Part shown: in pieces, positions 31,302 through 32,000 of the stretch
Layout of the letters: each line of letters begins with the position of its first letter
Numbering within the stretch: position 1 is the first letter of the stretch
Origin: Geobacter metallireducens GS-15
Lineage (GTDB): Bacteria; Desulfobacterota; Desulfuromonadia; Geobacterales; Geobacteraceae
Assembly (NCBI RefSeq): GCF_000012925.1
Contig: NC_007517.1
Location: 570,001-602,000, forward strand
DNA: 32,000 bases
Reading direction: 5' to 3'
Notes under the pieces: generated by a model
What the model was told of the DNA's origin: nothing
Database searches by the model: none
The model's input: the letters and a program-made list of their open reading frames with translations, nothing else
Program-made: the position numbers and the translations under genes

Positions 31302-31345
31302 GCAAGAGAGGTGCCGATTTACCGTTCGGCACCTCTCTTGCTTTT
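31302..31345 (+). terminator. Strong Rho-independent terminator / possible attenuator
   Basis: GCAAGAGAGGTGCCG (31302-31316) pairs with CGGCACCTCTCTTGC (31327-31341) as a perfect 15-bp stem, followed by TTTT (31342-31345). It ends only 8 nt before the next start codon. Confidence 0.8.
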
Positions 31346-31353
31346 GGGAAACC

Positions 31354-32000
31354 ATGACCATCTCATTGTTCAGGATTGCTTTCGTCTGCACGGTGCCGAT
31401 ACTCGCGCTGCTGGTGCTGCTGGCGCCTCGGAGCGCGTCTGCCGGCGTCATCACGGCCGATACGGTCTGGACGGGGAGCGTCACGGTGACCGAAGACGTG
31501 CTCGTCCCCGAAGGGGTCACCCTGACCGTCCGCCCCGGCACCTCCATAACGGTTGTTGCGGCGGAAAGCACCAAGACCGATCCAGAGTACCTCTCTCCCC
31601 TTAATGAAATAACCGTGCGAGGCACCCTGACAGTGGAGGGGACGGAAAAGGAGCCGGTCCGGTTTTCCGGCGCGGAAAAAAAGAAGGGGAGCTGGGCCGG
31701 GATTCTCGTCGATGGCGGCACGGCCGCGATCCGAGGGTGTCGTATTTCTGACGCGGACACCGGCGTTTCGGTGACGGATGGAACGCTCCGGCTGACCGGA
31801 TCGGCGCTGTTGGAGAACCGGTACGGTCTCGTGGTGCAGGGGACAAAGGCCCGGGTTGCCGTGGCCGACTCGCGGATCACTGGCAACGATTACGGTATCT
31901 TCACCCTCCAGGGGGCCCGGGTGGCAACCAGCGCCACGGAGGTGGCTCGCAACGGGAAGAAGGACACCTACGCGGCAACCTCTCGTGGGCAAATCCCCCC
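31354..32000 (+). CDS. Secreted right-handed beta-helix repeat protein (NosD/pectate-lyase-fold-like), 5' part; runs off the window end
   Basis: My own translation from the ATG at 31354 gives MTISLFRIAFVCTVPILALLVLLAPRSASA/GVITADTVWTGSVTVTEDVLVPEGVTLTVRPGTSITV...GCRISDADTGVSVTDGTLRLTGSALLENRYGLVVQGTKARVAVADSRITGNDYGIFTLQG... The periodic 22-25-aa beta-helix-like repeats stay open to the window end. It is not in the ORF track because there is no stop. Confidence 0.7.
   Translation, partial: MTISLFRIAFVCTVPILALLVLLAPRSASAGVITADTVWTGSVTVTEDVLVPEGVTLTVRPGTSITVVAAESTKTDPEYLSPLNEITVRGTLTVEGTEKEPVRFSGAEKKKGSWAGILVDGGTAAIRGCRISDADTGVSVTDGTLRLTGSALLENRYGLVVQGTKARVAVADSRITGNDYGIFTLQGARVATSATEVARNGKKDTYAATSRGQIP

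Noticed and set aside
31281-31345. TGA after the micro-ORF (…HPC-TGA) as a selenocysteine codon, with the 15-bp hairpin acting as SECIS
   Set aside because: Read-through would enter a frame that yields Arg/His/Gly-rich junk up to 31604 and overlaps the beta-helix gene out of frame. The hairpin loop (AUUUACCGUU) does not begin with the G/U-type SECIS apical signature, and the stem is followed by a T-run typical of a terminator.
1-32000. Mobile element, genomic island or prophage
   Set aside because: No transposase, integrase, tRNA attachment site or terminal inverted/direct repeats of IS type were seen. Composition appears uniformly GC-rich apart from short AT-rich promoter regions.

Overview
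GC-rich, cytochrome-dense chromosomal segment that looks like a Geobacter (G. sulfurreducens-type) genome. This assignment and all family or cluster names come from memory and motif reading, because no database search was possible. I saw no rRNA, tRNA, CRISPR array, transposase or integrase. Contents from left to right follow. (1) A divergently transcribed LysR-type regulator. (2) A sigma-54-promoted outer-membrane module in the order rhodanese lipoprotein, porin-like beta-barrel, small secreted protein, pentahaem cytochrome, which matches the extHIJKL arrangement as I remember it. The pentahaem cytochrome reading frame is interrupted by a single in-frame TGA (4896-4898). A SECIS-like hairpin follows it and the frame stays intact for 126 more codons, so this is a probable selenocysteine-containing multihaem cytochrome. 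(3) A Rieske / split cytochrome b unit surrounded by 12-, 10- and 4-haem c-type cytochromes (Cbc-type cluster). (4) A minus-strand operon encoding a small membrane protein, a 2-hydroxyacyl-CoA-dehydratase-family subunit, an HgdC/BcrA-type ATPase activase, a membrane-anchored dihaem cytochrome and an HExxH protein. A G-rich heptamer palindrome lies between the activase and the cytochrome. (5) Housekeeping genes: murI, a GerMN-domain protein, a short metH, a hypothetical protein and a split transketolase with a 120-nt multi-hairpin element between its halves. (6) A pseudopilin-like protein, a histidine kinase with a CXXCH haem site in its periplasmic domain and an NtrC-type sigma-54 activator. 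A near-perfect sigma-54 promoter follows, with its likely target operon (NHL propeller / 6 Ig-like / dockerin-like protein, a 4-haem cytochrome and a roughly 27-haem cytochrome). (7) A promoter, 20-codon micro-ORF and strong terminator cassette that abuts the start of a secreted beta-helix protein running off the window. Most long reverse-strand ORFs in the track are GC-driven antisense artefacts.
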